This document shows positions 42,256 to 52,621 of a stretch of 64,000 nucleotides of DNA, piece after piece. The position numbers were made by a program, and so were the translations under genes. Numbering within the stretch: the stretch's first letter is position 1; each line of letters begins with the position of its first letter. The notes beneath the pieces are model-generated. The model made no database searches. It was not told the origin of the DNA and saw only the letters and a program-made list of their open reading frames with translations. The stretch covers positions 48,630 to 112,629 of the forward strand of contig JBFRWD010000078.1 in the NCBI GenBank assembly GCA_051439425.1, given 5' to 3'. The stretch is from Synechococcus sp. Its GTDB lineage: Bacteria > Cyanobacteriota > Cyanobacteriia > Thermostichales > PCC-7336.

Positions 42256-43008
42256 CTAAAGGGCACAGCCAAGGTCTTCAGCTAAAACGCTCAGCGCCTT
42301 CAGAGCGCGGAGAGAACCACCGATTAAGTGACTTGCTCGAACAGGATGGCGCATCATTTGCACGGCCAATTGTAGGGGCGAAAGCGAACCATCTGCAGTC
42401 AATGCAGCATTCAGGTCCGGGAGATCGTTTGCACAACCATCACTGACAACCCGCAGCATGGCTACGGATACCGGTCGATCGCTGAATGCGGCCAATACGG
42501 CGGCTCCTTCCATATCAACAATGGTGGCTCCGGTTGTTCGATGCAACTGCTGCTTCTGCTGCGCAACGCATACGGCGCGATCACTACTCACCAGAAGGGT
42601 TCGCTCCGTTGAAGGTGAGTGAGGTGGCAGGAGGGAATCTTTCAACGTTTGGCACAAAGAGGGGGAGAACGATTGCTCGGACGGGATTGGGGATGTGAAA
42701 GTCTGAGAGAAGTGGGTAAGGCAGACATCGGGGATGACCCGTTGCCCCACAGTCATAGAGGGTGACAAACCACCGCATAATCCCATCACCACAATGTTCG
42801 GGGTGTGGTTGAGGACATTCGGTGACTCGCGATCCGACCACAGTACGGGCATGTTGGCTAAAAAGGACATCACGGGTAGAGGTCCAACTGGAATCGCGAT
42901 TGTCAGCGGCAGGTTTCGCAAGCCAGATCTGCGCAAACCTCTCTCAACAGCTTGGTATTCTGCCCCCTGCGGTACCAAGATGAAATCGATTGATTCAGAG
43001 ATAGGCAT
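42256..43008 (-). CDS. nucleoside phosphorylase-like protein, hopanoid-associated (HpnG-like)
   Basis: ILVPQGAEYQAV, MGLCGGL, VDMEG, LRVVSD; divergent from hpnA. Confidence 0.8.
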   Translation of the reverse strand: MPISESIDFILVPQGAEYQAVERGLRRSGLRNLPLTIAIPVGPLPVMSFLANMPVLWSDRESPNVLNHTPNIVVMGLCGGLSPSMTVGQRVIPDVCLTHFSQTFTSPIPSEQSFSPSLCQTLKDSLLPPHSPSTERTLLVSSDRAVCVAQQKQQLHRTTGATIVDMEGAAVLAAFSDRPVSVAMLRVVSDGCANDLPDLNAALTADGSLSPLQLAVQMMRHPVRASHLIGGSLRALKALSVLAEDLGCAL

Positions 43009-43310
43009 GGCGACACAAGCAGGACACAGTGTTAGCAAAGTGTTTAACACTCTTGCTCAGGTATAGCCTGCGAGAGCCACAAAGCGAGGTCTAGACCGAG
43101 ATAGGGTCTGAGATTTTTGCGTTCCAAACAATTCGAAATTGTTAATAAGCAGTCAAACTGGCCGATCGTCTATCCACCCTTGCGATCGCGAATAGGGGGC
43201 TCCTATCTCTGCCAAGTACCTGCCGACTTTTGCAGAAAAAATGGCTGTGGAGAGTTATCCGGGCACAATGATGTGAGCATTACCATTCGAGCAAAGGGTA
43301 CCGGAACATC

Positions 43311-44303
43311 GTGCAAGCTTTTGTGACGGGGGGTACGGGATTTGTAGGGGCCAATCTCGTGCGGTTGCTATTGGGGGAAGGGTACACCGTTCGGGCTTTA
43401 GTCCGCACCACAAGCTGCCTGGATAATTTAGCAGGGTTGGATGTCGAAGTTGTTCGAGGAGATTTGAACGATCCGCAACTCTCACAACAGATGCGCGGAT
43501 GCGATTGTCTCTTTCATGTGGCCGCTCGATATTCTTTGCTCCAACGCGATCGCGATGCGCTGTACCGTGACAACGTCCTCGGCACCCGCAATGTCCTCAA
43601 GGCAGCCCGAGAGGCCGATGTGGAACGTACCGTTTACACGAGTTCGGTGGCGGCCATCGGAGTTAAACCCCACGGTGCGATCGCTGACGAAACCCATCAA
43701 TCTGATGTGGACGCTTTAATTGGCTATTACAAGCAGTCAAAATACTGGGCCGAACAAGAGGCGATCGCAGCAGCAAACAGCGGGCAACATGTCGCGATCG
43801 TCAATCCGTCCACCCCAATTGGCCCTTGGGACATTAAGCCAACACCGACGGGAGATATCATTTTGCGGTTTCTGCGCCGAAAGATGCCTGCATATGTAGA
43901 TACCGGTCTTAATTTGATCGATGTTCGGGATGTTGCCAGAGGTCATCTCCTAGCCCTCAAGCATGCTCAACCCGGCGAGCGCTATATCCTCGGTCATCAC
44001 AACATCAGCCTCAAACAAATGCTCGATCGCCTGTCGGATATCACCGGCTTGCCAGCACCAACAGCAACCGTTCCACTATGGCTACCTTTGTCTGTGGCGT
44101 GGGTAGAGGAGACCATCTTAGCTAGATTAGGAAGAGAACCATCTATCCCCATAGATGGTGTGCGTATGTCATCCGAACCGATGTACTACACAGCAGACAA
44201 AGCCGTGCGAGAACTGGGTTTACCCCAATCTCCAGTCGATGGAGCGCTCGCCGACGCAATTGAGTGGTTTTACGAGCGGGGGTATGCCACAGTTAAAGAA
44301 TGA
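43311..44303 (+). CDS. hpnA: hopanoid-associated sugar epimerase
   Basis: VTGGTGFVG, YKQSK, NPSTPIGPWDIKPTPTG, MPAYVDTGLN. Confidence 0.9.
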   Translation: MQAFVTGGTGFVGANLVRLLLGEGYTVRALVRTTSCLDNLAGLDVEVVRGDLNDPQLSQQMRGCDCLFHVAARYSLLQRDRDALYRDNVLGTRNVLKAAREADVERTVYTSSVAAIGVKPHGAIADETHQSDVDALIGYYKQSKYWAEQEAIAAANSGQHVAIVNPSTPIGPWDIKPTPTGDIILRFLRRKMPAYVDTGLNLIDVRDVARGHLLALKHAQPGERYILGHHNISLKQMLDRLSDITGLPAPTATVPLWLPLSVAWVEETILARLGREPSIPIDGVRMSSEPMYYTADKAVRELGLPQSPVDGALADAIEWFYERGYATVKE

Positions 44304-44374
44304 TTTCAAATCGTTAACAATTGGGCATAGATATCAACAGCCCTCCCCCCCTTGGAATGTGAAGGAGTGAGTAC

Positions 44375-45397
44375 ATGGCAGTCAATGTTCAACAAGCGGT
44401 CTCCGTCGGAAAATACTTAGTCTCCCAGCGGGTGAAAGGACGTCAAAAGTATCCGCTGGTGCTGATGCTCGAGCCTCTCTTCCGTTGTAACCTGGCTTGC
44501 CCCGGCTGCGGAAAAATTCAGCACCCCAACGAAATACTTCGCCAACAACTATCTCCAGAAGAATGTTTCAAGGCAGTTGAAGAGTGCGGGGCTCCTGTGG
44601 TTTCTATCCCGGGTGGAGAGCCATTGCTCCATCCGCAAATTGACGAAATTGTCGATGGCTTAGTCGCCCGTAAAAAGTTTGTCTATCTCTGCACGAATGC
44701 CATTCTGCTCGAGAAGAACCTGCACAAGTTCAAGCCCTCTGACTATCTGACCTTCAGCATTCACCTCGATGGGCTAGGCAGTCACCACGATAAGGCCGTC
44801 GATCGCGAAGGTGTGTTTGATGTAGCAGTTGCTGCCATCAAAGCGGCCAAAGCCAAAGGATTCCGCGTCACCACAAACACCACCGTCTTTAACGATGCCG
44901 ATCCGGCAGAGGTTCAGAAGTTCTTCAACTACGTCTCCGAGCTGGACGTAGATGGCATGATGGTGTCTCCCGGATACAGCTACGAGTGGGCACCCGACCA
45001 AGATCACTTCCTACGTCGTGAAGAAACAAAGGCTCTCTTCCGCGAAATTTTGGCCCCCTTCAAAGCAGGAGAAACCAAGTGGAGCTTTAACCATAATCCT
45101 CTGTTCTTGGACTTCTTGACGGGGGAAAAAGAATACGATTGCACCCCTTGGGGCAGTCCCAGTTACAGCGTCTTAGGCTGGCAGAAGCCCTGCTACCTCC
45201 TCAATGAGGGGCATTACGAATCCTTCCAGGAGCTGATGGACAAGACCGATTGGGAAAATTACGGTCGCTCTAGCGGAAATCCCAAATGTGCTGACTGCAT
45301 GGTGCACTGTGGCTACGAGCCTACTGCTGCTGAAGATGCAATGGCTCCAAAAAATATTGCTCGCTCTTTGGGAAGCGTGCTTGGTTTTGCCAAGTAG
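44375..45397 (+). CDS. hpnH: adenosylhopane synthase, radical SAM
   Basis: [37 protein letters not shown]. Confidence 0.95.
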   Translation: MAVNVQQAVSVGKYLVSQRVKGRQKYPLVLMLEPLFRCNLACPGCGKIQHPNEILRQQLSPEECFKAVEECGAPVVSIPGGEPLLHPQIDEIVDGLVARKKFVYLCTNAILLEKNLHKFKPSDYLTFSIHLDGLGSHHDKAVDREGVFDVAVAAIKAAKAKGFRVTTNTTVFNDADPAEVQKFFNYVSELDVDGMMVSPGYSYEWAPDQDHFLRREETKALFREILAPFKAGETKWSFNHNPLFLDFLTGEKEYDCTPWGSPSYSVLGWQKPCYLLNEGHYESFQELMDKTDWENYGRSSGNPKCADCMVHCGYEPTAAEDAMAPKNIARSLGSVLGFAK

Positions 45398-45460
45398 TCC
45401 TAGTCACTATCGCGACTAGATGATGACTGCGACAAGCTCCAAACCTCTAAGCATCACAAG

Positions 45461-45505
45461 CCGCTGTATAGTTAGAGCCGCAATCAAGCTCTAGCTATAC
45501 AGCGG
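45461..45505. terminator. strong hairpin between convergent hpnH and squalene synthase
   Basis: 18-bp stem CCGCTGTATAGTTAGAGC/GCTCTAGCTATACAGCGG with one G-U pair. Confidence 0.6.
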
Positions 45506-45697
45506 ATTAATATTTCTTGCGAAACCTAAGTTTCAAATACGCTTCAGCTCGATAGTCACGAGAACTATGCGCGCACTCTGTGCTACCAGAGATGAGGCCC
45601 GTTCTAAGGCATATTGCAGAGCCTTAGAACCCAGGTTCGCCACAACAGCAATATTGAAGAGATCGTTCCTCCGGAAGTCAGCCAAAACGACTAGCGG

Positions 45698-46528
45698 TTA
45701 GCGACGGCGAAAGCTGCCAACAGTAACTTCTTTCACTAATGCCATCACAGCAGCTCGCGTCAGTTTCTCTTCTCCACGCTCCAAGGCACCTAGAGTCGCA
45801 TGGGCTAAAGTCAGCGGAATTCGACAGAAATCTAATGTCGGCCCCTTGGGAAGCGCATCGGTGTAACGGTCGGCTAGAGACAGATTGTAGCGAGCATATG
45901 CTTGCATGTTATCCACAGTCCAGTCGTCAGGGAAAAAGCTAACCCCCCTGACACCATCCTCTTTGTAGTTCCGCAAGATATTGACAGACTGCAAGCCACG
46001 ACCAAATCCCAACGCTAATCCGCGATCGGTTTTGGTTCCGTCATGCCATTGCCACAAATCAGACAGCATCAGGCCCACGGCACCGGCAACACTGAAGGTA
46101 TAGCTATCTAAGTCCGCTTTGGTGTGAATCGTCCAATTAACATCAGCCCAATAGGCCATGCGATCGGCCATTGCTGCAGTCGCATCCCAAATGCGGGGAG
46201 CAATATCGGGGGGAGCCAGTAGCGCCCATTCTCCAATCCGCAGACTAACTTCAGGGAGAATATCCTCATGATCTTGCAGCCCCATCGCAAACTGCTCAGC
46301 AGACGATTCAGCAATTCCCGCTTGCAAGTTGAGACTCACTTGTCTGAGGAGTCGAGACTTGATGGCGTTCGGAAGCTCGGGGTGATCTTCGATTTCATCG
46401 ATCGCCCGCATACAAAGATAAGCTGCGGACACCGCTTCTAATAACCCATCAGGTAAGCGGCTAATAGGAATGTAGAAAGTTCGACTGGTCTTTTCTAAGA
46501 TGTCTAATGCGTTCTTCCGAATACTCAT
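45698..46528 (-). CDS. sqs: squalene synthase (phytoene/squalene synthase family)
   Basis: TSRTFYIPI, YLCMRAIDEIED, YTFSVAGAVG, GRGLQSVNILRN. Confidence 0.85.
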   Translation of the reverse strand: MSIRKNALDILEKTSRTFYIPISRLPDGLLEAVSAAYLCMRAIDEIEDHPELPNAIKSRLLRQVSLNLQAGIAESSAEQFAMGLQDHEDILPEVSLRIGEWALLAPPDIAPRIWDATAAMADRMAYWADVNWTIHTKADLDSYTFSVAGAVGLMLSDLWQWHDGTKTDRGLALGFGRGLQSVNILRNYKEDGVRGVSFFPDDWTVDNMQAYARYNLSLADRYTDALPKGPTLDFCRIPLTLAHATLGALERGEEKLTRAAVMALVKEVTVGSFRRR

Positions 46529-46760
46529 GCCGCTCGTCCTCACACAACTCATCTAGAGCATACAGTTACCGTTGCTTGCAGGCTAGAACTGCAGTCGGCC
46601 AGGACAATCCTTGCCAAGCAATTCAGTTAGCTGAAATGATAGCTCCTCGTTGAGAGTTCTCCACGAAAACAGCCACCATCGACGCAGGCAATCTACGAAC
46701 CAATCGCAATTGCAAGCTCTAGATTGCTACCAGTATGTCTGGATAGTACCCATTTCTGCA

Positions 46761-47828
46761 TTAGAGAGTAATGGGGGTAGAACGAATAGAGCGATGATTA
46801 GCCAGTTCGGCAGCCAACACAATCGCCTCGATCAAGCTGCGGGGATCGGCTATTCCTCGGCCAGCAATATCAAAGGCAGTGCCGTGATCGGGGGATGTTC
46901 GAATAAACGGCAACCCAACCGTGACATTCACGGCGCGATCGAACGCCATCAGCTTCACTGGAATCAGTCCTTGATCGTGATAGAGCGCAAGATACGCATC
47001 TGGCAGAGAGAAGGATCTGACCTCCTGATGGTCTGTAAACCAAGCTTTACCGGCTGGTACCCACATTGTATCGGGAGGAATGGGTCCCTTAGCTTCCGGA
47101 AACTCTTGAATGATGCCCTCTATCCACTCAATTTCTTCTTGTCCCAATTGCCCTGCTTCGCCACTATGAGGGTTTAGCCCCGCCACAGCAATCTGAGGGG
47201 CCTCAATCCCGAAATCTCGTCTCAAGGTGTCAATTAGAAGTTGTATTTTGTGGCGCAACACCTCTGGAGTCAAGAGTTCCGGCACCTGTCGCAAAGCAAT
47301 GTGGGTTGTGGCAAGCAGAGCGATGAGCCGCCATTGAGTGTGAGGCGAGCGGGCAACAAACATCATGCCAAAGCGATCGCTGTTGACGGCACGAGCACAC
47401 ACTTCGGTTTGACCGGGAAAGTGGTGACCTGCAGCAGCCCAAGCAAACTTAGCTATGGGGGAAGTTACAACCGCATCGAACAAGCCGGCTACGGTGCGAT
47501 CGAGCGCTGCAGAAAGATAGCGATAGCTCGCGGAACCACTAGCCGAATTTCCAACACCAGTCTCGAACCGAGATACAGCATGTTCAGAAGCAGCGTTTGA
47601 TGGCTCGGGCCAGTCGTCGTAGATAGTTAGAGACGACAGGGGGGCAAGGTCACATTGGTGGACCAAGGTCGCACGTGTGGCCTCAAGAACTACCCGATCA
47701 CCAAACACAACAATATCCGCAGCCTCTCGAACATCGGATGCTGCACAAGCTTTCAAGACAATCTCGGGACCGATACCAGCTGGGTCCCCTAATGTCAGAG
47801 CAATACGGGGTTTGGAATTCACAACCAC
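46761..47828 (-). CDS. pdxA: 4-hydroxythreonine-4-phosphate dehydrogenase
   Basis: GDPAGIGPE, GLNPHSGE, YHDQGLIPVK, RTSPDHGTAFDIAG. Confidence 0.95.
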   Translation of the reverse strand: MVVNSKPRIALTLGDPAGIGPEIVLKACAASDVREAADIVVFGDRVVLEATRATLVHQCDLAPLSSLTIYDDWPEPSNAASEHAVSRFETGVGNSASGSASYRYLSAALDRTVAGLFDAVVTSPIAKFAWAAAGHHFPGQTEVCARAVNSDRFGMMFVARSPHTQWRLIALLATTHIALRQVPELLTPEVLRHKIQLLIDTLRRDFGIEAPQIAVAGLNPHSGEAGQLGQEEIEWIEGIIQEFPEAKGPIPPDTMWVPAGKAWFTDHQEVRSFSLPDAYLALYHDQGLIPVKLMAFDRAVNVTVGLPFIRTSPDHGTAFDIAGRGIADPRSLIEAIVLAAELANHRSIRSTPITL

Positions 47829-47963
47829 TAACAGCCTGGAAGGAACGAACTGCCTTTAAATCTGGCGTTAACCATTCGCGCTCATCGCGAAAACAGTCAT
47901 AAATCTCCGCAAAAGGAGAGTGAAAGAAGCTCGGAATACCGGTGGTTCAGTAGCTAAACGTAC

Positions 47964-48443
47964 TCAGTTGCAATCAAGAGAATCGCGAGTGGAGACTCCA
48001 GAAACAGGATTAACGCCAGAGGCACGCTCGCACAAATCAGCTTGAGTATCGCTGCGCATCAGGGCATTGGAGAAATCTGCGCCTTCGATATCGCTTTCCT
48101 CCAGCTTGGCCATCCACATGAGACTATCCACAAACAGGGTTCCTCGCAGATTCGCCTCTCTCAGGTTTGCCATATCCAGCGTCGCCTCGCTCAAGTCGGC
48201 TCCACTGAGATCACTACCGACCAAGTTTGCGCCAAACAGCGTCGTTCCCACAGCATTCGCGTTGCTCAGATCGGCAAACTTCAGATTTGCTTTCACAAAT
48301 GAATCGTGAGTGAGATCCCTAGCAGCAAAATCCCGTCCCTGCAGATCTTCCTTATCAAAGTTGTCCGCCAACACCGCCGGAGTTATGACAACGAACAACA
48401 ATAGGCAACATACAGCTATGCGACACAACCGTTGAACGGACAT
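47964..48443 (-). CDS. secreted/lumenal pentapeptide repeat protein
   Basis: Signal peptide, A(D/N)LxG repeats, C-terminal LC..ASGVNPVSGVSTRDSL.C. Confidence 0.88.
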   Translation of the reverse strand: MSVQRLCRIAVCCLLLFVVITPAVLADNFDKEDLQGRDFAARDLTHDSFVKANLKFADLSNANAVGTTLFGANLVGSDLSGADLSEATLDMANLREANLRGTLFVDSLMWMAKLEESDIEGADFSNALMRSDTQADLCERASGVNPVSGVSTRDSLDCN

Positions 48444-48630
48444 AGCCCAGTAAGACCGTATCCAATTCCCGAGATTGCCGGTGTTAGAGCGAAATGTCTG
48501 CAGCAGAGCGACCACAGTTGGCTCATCTCCTTCGTAGAACTGTTACTATTCTCATCGATTTGGGCTAGCAAAACTACTCAAATCTCTGATTTCTCCACCT
48601 TTTTGCTCGATCGCTAGCTGTTTTTATTGG

Positions 48631-49023
48631 TTGATTGTGTCTGAGTCCCGCAAATCCAGGTCTACCGAAATTGGCAACCTCGGCGAGCAGCTCGTCTGCG
48701 ATCGCCTGCAAATGCTGGGCTGGGCGATTGCAGCTCGGCAATGGAAATGTAGAAGAGGGGAGCTGGATATCGTCGCTATCCGCGATCGGGATCTAAAGTT
48801 TATAGAAGTCAAAACACGTAGCAATCGAAATTGGGATGAATCCGGTGCATTGGCAATCTCTGTGCGCAAGCAACAGCGACTCATTGTGGCTGCCCAGCTA
48901 TTTCTCCAGGTGCATCCTAGCTATTGCAATCACAATTGTTCATTTGATGTAGCTCTAGTTGCCATCGGATATCGGCAACAGCTCCGCTTACGTCGATACA
49001 TAGAGGCAGCCTTTGAACTCTGA
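48631..49023 (+). CDS. YraN family protein
   Basis: GNLGE, GELDIVA, FIEVKTR, FDV. Confidence 0.88.
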   Translation: MIVSESRKSRSTEIGNLGEQLVCDRLQMLGWAIAARQWKCRRGELDIVAIRDRDLKFIEVKTRSNRNWDESGALAISVRKQQRLIVAAQLFLQVHPSYCNHNCSFDVALVAIGYRQQLRLRRYIEAAFEL

Positions 49024-49152
49024 TGCCAATCGCCGAACCCGTTTCTTCACCACAACATCGCTTGTCTATGAGGCTTCCAATCACAGTCAGGTCTAGACAT
49101 AGCTGAAATGTCCGCAGTGGTATGGCCACTGCCATAACAACCAATATCATCT

Positions 49153-49184
49153 AAAAAGAGGAGCCCCAAAAGGCTCCTCTTTTT
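49153..49184. terminator. bidirectional intrinsic terminator after the porin gene
   Basis: AAAAAGAGGAGCC-loop-GGCTCCTCTTTTT. Confidence 0.85.
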
Positions 49185-49206
49185 CAAACAACCAAGCTAC
49201 AGAGTC

Positions 49207-50703
49207 TTAGAACTTGAAGGTGGTGCGGATACCGCCGACAACAATGTCGTCGTCACCATCAACTTCAGAGATGTAGTAAACGCCGGGAGTTACAGTCAGG
49301 TTTTCAGTCAGAGGGAAGCTGTAGTAAACCTCTGCCTGGAAAGGAGACTCGTCTTCACCAGTATCTAATGCAACGAAGAAGTCAGGCTGACCAACCATGA
49401 AACCACCGTTAGCACCTTCGATGAACAGGTCGGGGAATGCGAAACCAACCAACCAGTCGTCCAGGTCCTCGCCGTCGATACCACCGCCATTGGAATCGAT
49501 TTCAGCATCGAATGCGTGCGCGTACCAACCAGAGAAGATCACGCTAGGAGTGATTTCCCAAGTCACACCAAAACCGACAGAGAGAAAGGTGTCATCACCA
49601 CTGTCATCACCACCATCAGAAACGGTGCCGGCCAAAGACAGTAGGAGGCGATCAGTTGGGGTTGCAGCAAATTCAAAAGAACCTTGCTTGGCGCCGTTGA
49701 AGACACCAGTGCCGTCAGTATTGAACGCACCTTCACCAGCACCGTAACCACCCGTGAAGTAGAACAGGTCCTCAAGAATTTCCCAAGAGAACAGGGCAGC
49801 CTGATCGCCGATACCATCCCACACAAGGTCGCTACCGCCATCGCCAAAGTCAGACAGACCATCGAAGGGGGTGCTGAATAGGACTAAGTCGGTAGCAGCG
49901 ACGCTGTTGATACCAAATACGCCGGTTACGCGACCGTTGAACAGAGGGAATTTGTAGAAAACATCGTCCAGTTCAACATCTTCGCCGCTGGAACCGCTGC
50001 CAGAAGAGTTCCCGGAGAATGTGAATGCTGCAGCAGTACTATCAGTTGTGGCACCGGTGTTGAATGCATCGGCTTCACGAGACTGCAGACGAACGCGCAA
50101 CTGATCTTCGCCAGTGAAAGACGCATCGAAGTTCATCCGGACGCGGTAAGGAACCTGGACGTTGTTGTCAACATCGTCGTCAGGCTCGCTTGCAGCAAAA
50201 ATACCGGAGATAACCTCAAAGCTCAGCTTGCTGGTAGCAGCATCCAGCCCCAGAGGATTGGCCTCTAGTTCAGCGGTCTTTGCTTCAAGAGCGTCAACGC
50301 GACCGGTTAGAGCAGCCAGCTCAGCAGCGAACTCTTCCTGTAGGCGTTGAACGGTAGCTAAGTCTTCGCGAGAAACTTTGTCTGCCAAACCAGCAGCAAT
50401 CAGCTCGTTGATGCGATCCAAGCAAGCGTTCAAACCAGCAGCGAATTCGCCACGAGTCATCGCGCGCTGACCGCGGAAAGTACCGTCGGGGTAACCAGCA
50501 ATACAGCCGTAACGCTCGACCAAAGACTGCAAAGCCTGGAAGTACCACTCAGTCGGAGCAACGTCAGACAGCTCGGAAACAGAGGTAACCTGAGCGAACT
50601 GTTGGGGCTGAGTCGTTTGGGCTTGAACTTCACCGCCTGCTACTAAGGCAGCACCTACTGCAGCAGAACCTGCAAGCAGGGTTTTCCAAGTAATTGCGGA
50701 CAT
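49207..50703 (-). CDS. cyanobacterial porin (SLH domain plus OprB-type barrel)
   Basis: QVTSVSELSDV.P..W.FQALQSLVERYGCIAGYPDGTFRG; C-terminal RTTFKF. Confidence 0.93.
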   Translation of the reverse strand: MSAITWKTLLAGSAAVGAALVAGGEVQAQTTQPQQFAQVTSVSELSDVAPTEWYFQALQSLVERYGCIAGYPDGTFRGQRAMTRGEFAAGLNACLDRINELIAAGLADKVSREDLATVQRLQEEFAAELAALTGRVDALEAKTAELEANPLGLDAATSKLSFEVISGIFAASEPDDDVDNNVQVPYRVRMNFDASFTGEDQLRVRLQSREADAFNTGATTDSTAAAFTFSGNSSGSGSSGEDVELDDVFYKFPLFNGRVTGVFGINSVAATDLVLFSTPFDGLSDFGDGGSDLVWDGIGDQAALFSWEILEDLFYFTGGYGAGEGAFNTDGTGVFNGAKQGSFEFAATPTDRLLLSLAGTVSDGGDDSGDDTFLSVGFGVTWEITPSVIFSGWYAHAFDAEIDSNGGGIDGEDLDDWLVGFAFPDLFIEGANGGFMVGQPDFFVALDTGEDESPFQAEVYYSFPLTENLTVTPGVYYISEVDGDDDIVVGGIRTTFKF

Positions 50704-51273
50704 TTGATAATCTCCTTATCCTCACACAGGCCTATGCAGAAACGCATCTCAAACAAGGTCAGCTAGCAAACTCGTAATCAATGACCACTTAATATTTTGC
50801 GTATTTAACCTTTTAGTTCGCTCTACCTAGACCCAGTAGATATCGTAGACGATTCTTCCCCATTCGGCACCAGTTCTATCAAAACTATGGCAAGTATTTT
50901 TTTTTGCTCTAGTAATTTGCTTGAATTTCAGCATGGTCTTCAAGCCTGCCAACCCTCACTGTGTCTAGTATCTGCAGCCAGTCGATCCAGAAGTGTTTGT
51001 ACGAGATGATTCAGCCCTCGGAGTAGAAATATGACCCCCTCCCCCACAATCTGCTCAATACCGTAGAGGCAGAAAACTTGGCTCCGAGTGATTTGACCCT
51101 GCAGATGCCGATTCGAGCAGCTCGGTCGTACTGCGCCGTAGTCAATACTTCTTAATGAACGGAATGCATGAGGGAATGAAAGACCCTGTTAGACTGCAAA
51201 AAAGCCGCTTGGGTAGGTATCTACCCGCTAAATGGCCTTTGCCAGGCATCTACGACATCGCACGATAAAAAAT

Positions 51274-52374
51274 ATGGTTGCAACTTCATCTCAACAATCA
51301 GCTTCAGATACTCAAGCGAGAGTTCCCGATGAAACTATCCTGACTCCACGCTTCTATACAACTGACTTTGATGCCATGGCGAACCTGGATATCTCCGGGT
51401 ACGAGGAGGACTTCGAAGCACTGCTTGAAGAGTTCCGCATTGACTACAATCGGCACCATTTCGTCCGAGGCGAAGAATTCAATCAGTCCTGGGAATCGCT
51501 TGATGCGGAAGCCAAGAAGCTTTTCGTAGAATTCCTAGAGCGTTCTTGTACGGCGGAATTTTCTGGATTTTTACTCTATAAGGAGCTGTCTCGCAAGCTA
51601 AAAGACACCAGTCCTGTCTTAGCTGAGTGCTTTTTGCTGATGAGCCGCGATGAGGCTCGTCACGCTGGTTTCCTGAATAAAGCTATGGCAGATTTCAACC
51701 TAGCGTTGGATCTTAGCTTCTTGACCAAGAACAAGCAGTACACGAAGTTTGCCCCTCGCTTCATCTTCTACGCAACATATTTGTCTGAGAAAATTGGATA
51801 CTGGCGATATATCAAGATCTTCCGCCATTTGGAAAACAATTCTGACAACCGCATCTATCCAATCTTCAACTTCTTTGAGAATTGGTGCCAAGACGAGAGC
51901 CGCCATGGTGACTTCTTCTCTCTGGTAATGAAGAGTCAGCCCCACTTCCTGAATAATTGGGTCGCCAGGCTGTGGTGCCGCTTCTTCTTGCTGTCGGTCT
52001 ATGCCACGATGTACCTCAACGACGTAGCCCTTCGCCCCGAGTTCTATGGGCTGCTCGGTCTGGAACCGAAGGACTACGACCTGGATGTCATCAAATGGAC
52101 GAACCACGATGCATCTAAGGTCTTCCCTGTTGTTTTGAACGTCGAGCATCCCGAATTTGAAGGTTGCCTCGATCACTGCGTGGCCAACATCGAGAAGATG
52201 CGCCAGGTAGACACCTCAAGTACTCCTGGGTTCGTGAAGCCACTGCTGAAGTTACCCCTTTATACCGGTAATGTTTGGCAGTTCATTCGCTTGTTTGCGA
52301 TGAAACCGGTTACTAGCCCTGTCGATCGGCAGTACCGTGCAGCCCGTCAAGCTGGCCAAGCTGCCACAGCGTAG
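51274..52374 (+). CDS. acsF: Mg-protoporphyrin IX monomethyl ester oxidative cyclase
   Basis: [45 protein letters not shown]. Confidence 0.96.
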   Translation: MVATSSQQSASDTQARVPDETILTPRFYTTDFDAMANLDISGYEEDFEALLEEFRIDYNRHHFVRGEEFNQSWESLDAEAKKLFVEFLERSCTAEFSGFLLYKELSRKLKDTSPVLAECFLLMSRDEARHAGFLNKAMADFNLALDLSFLTKNKQYTKFAPRFIFYATYLSEKIGYWRYIKIFRHLENNSDNRIYPIFNFFENWCQDESRHGDFFSLVMKSQPHFLNNWVARLWCRFFLLSVYATMYLNDVALRPEFYGLLGLEPKDYDLDVIKWTNHDASKVFPVVLNVEHPEFEGCLDHCVANIEKMRQVDTSSTPGFVKPLLKLPLYTGNVWQFIRLFAMKPVTSPVDRQYRAARQAGQAATA

Positions 52375-52391
52375 TCAGCTCAACCCTCTTA

Positions 52392-52423
52392 GAAAGCAGC
52401 CCCGTTTTTTTGGGGCTGCTTTC
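52392..52423 (+). terminator. hairpin/terminator after acsF
   Basis: GAAAGCAGCCCC/GGGGCTGCTTTC stem. Confidence 0.7.
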
Positions 52424-52621
52424 GTCTATCAACTCATTAATGGTTGTGCAATGTTGGGGGTTCGCGAACAGAGCGAGTTCCCCAGCGATAGATTAGTCTT
52501 ACTTACTCGCACGAGGACAGACTGCAAAATTGACTAGTTTGCCTAAGACAACCAACTAGCCAAAACTTGTCAAACACAATTATCAAGACTCACCCCCAAA
52601 CACTTCGCGTAGTTCTCAGGT

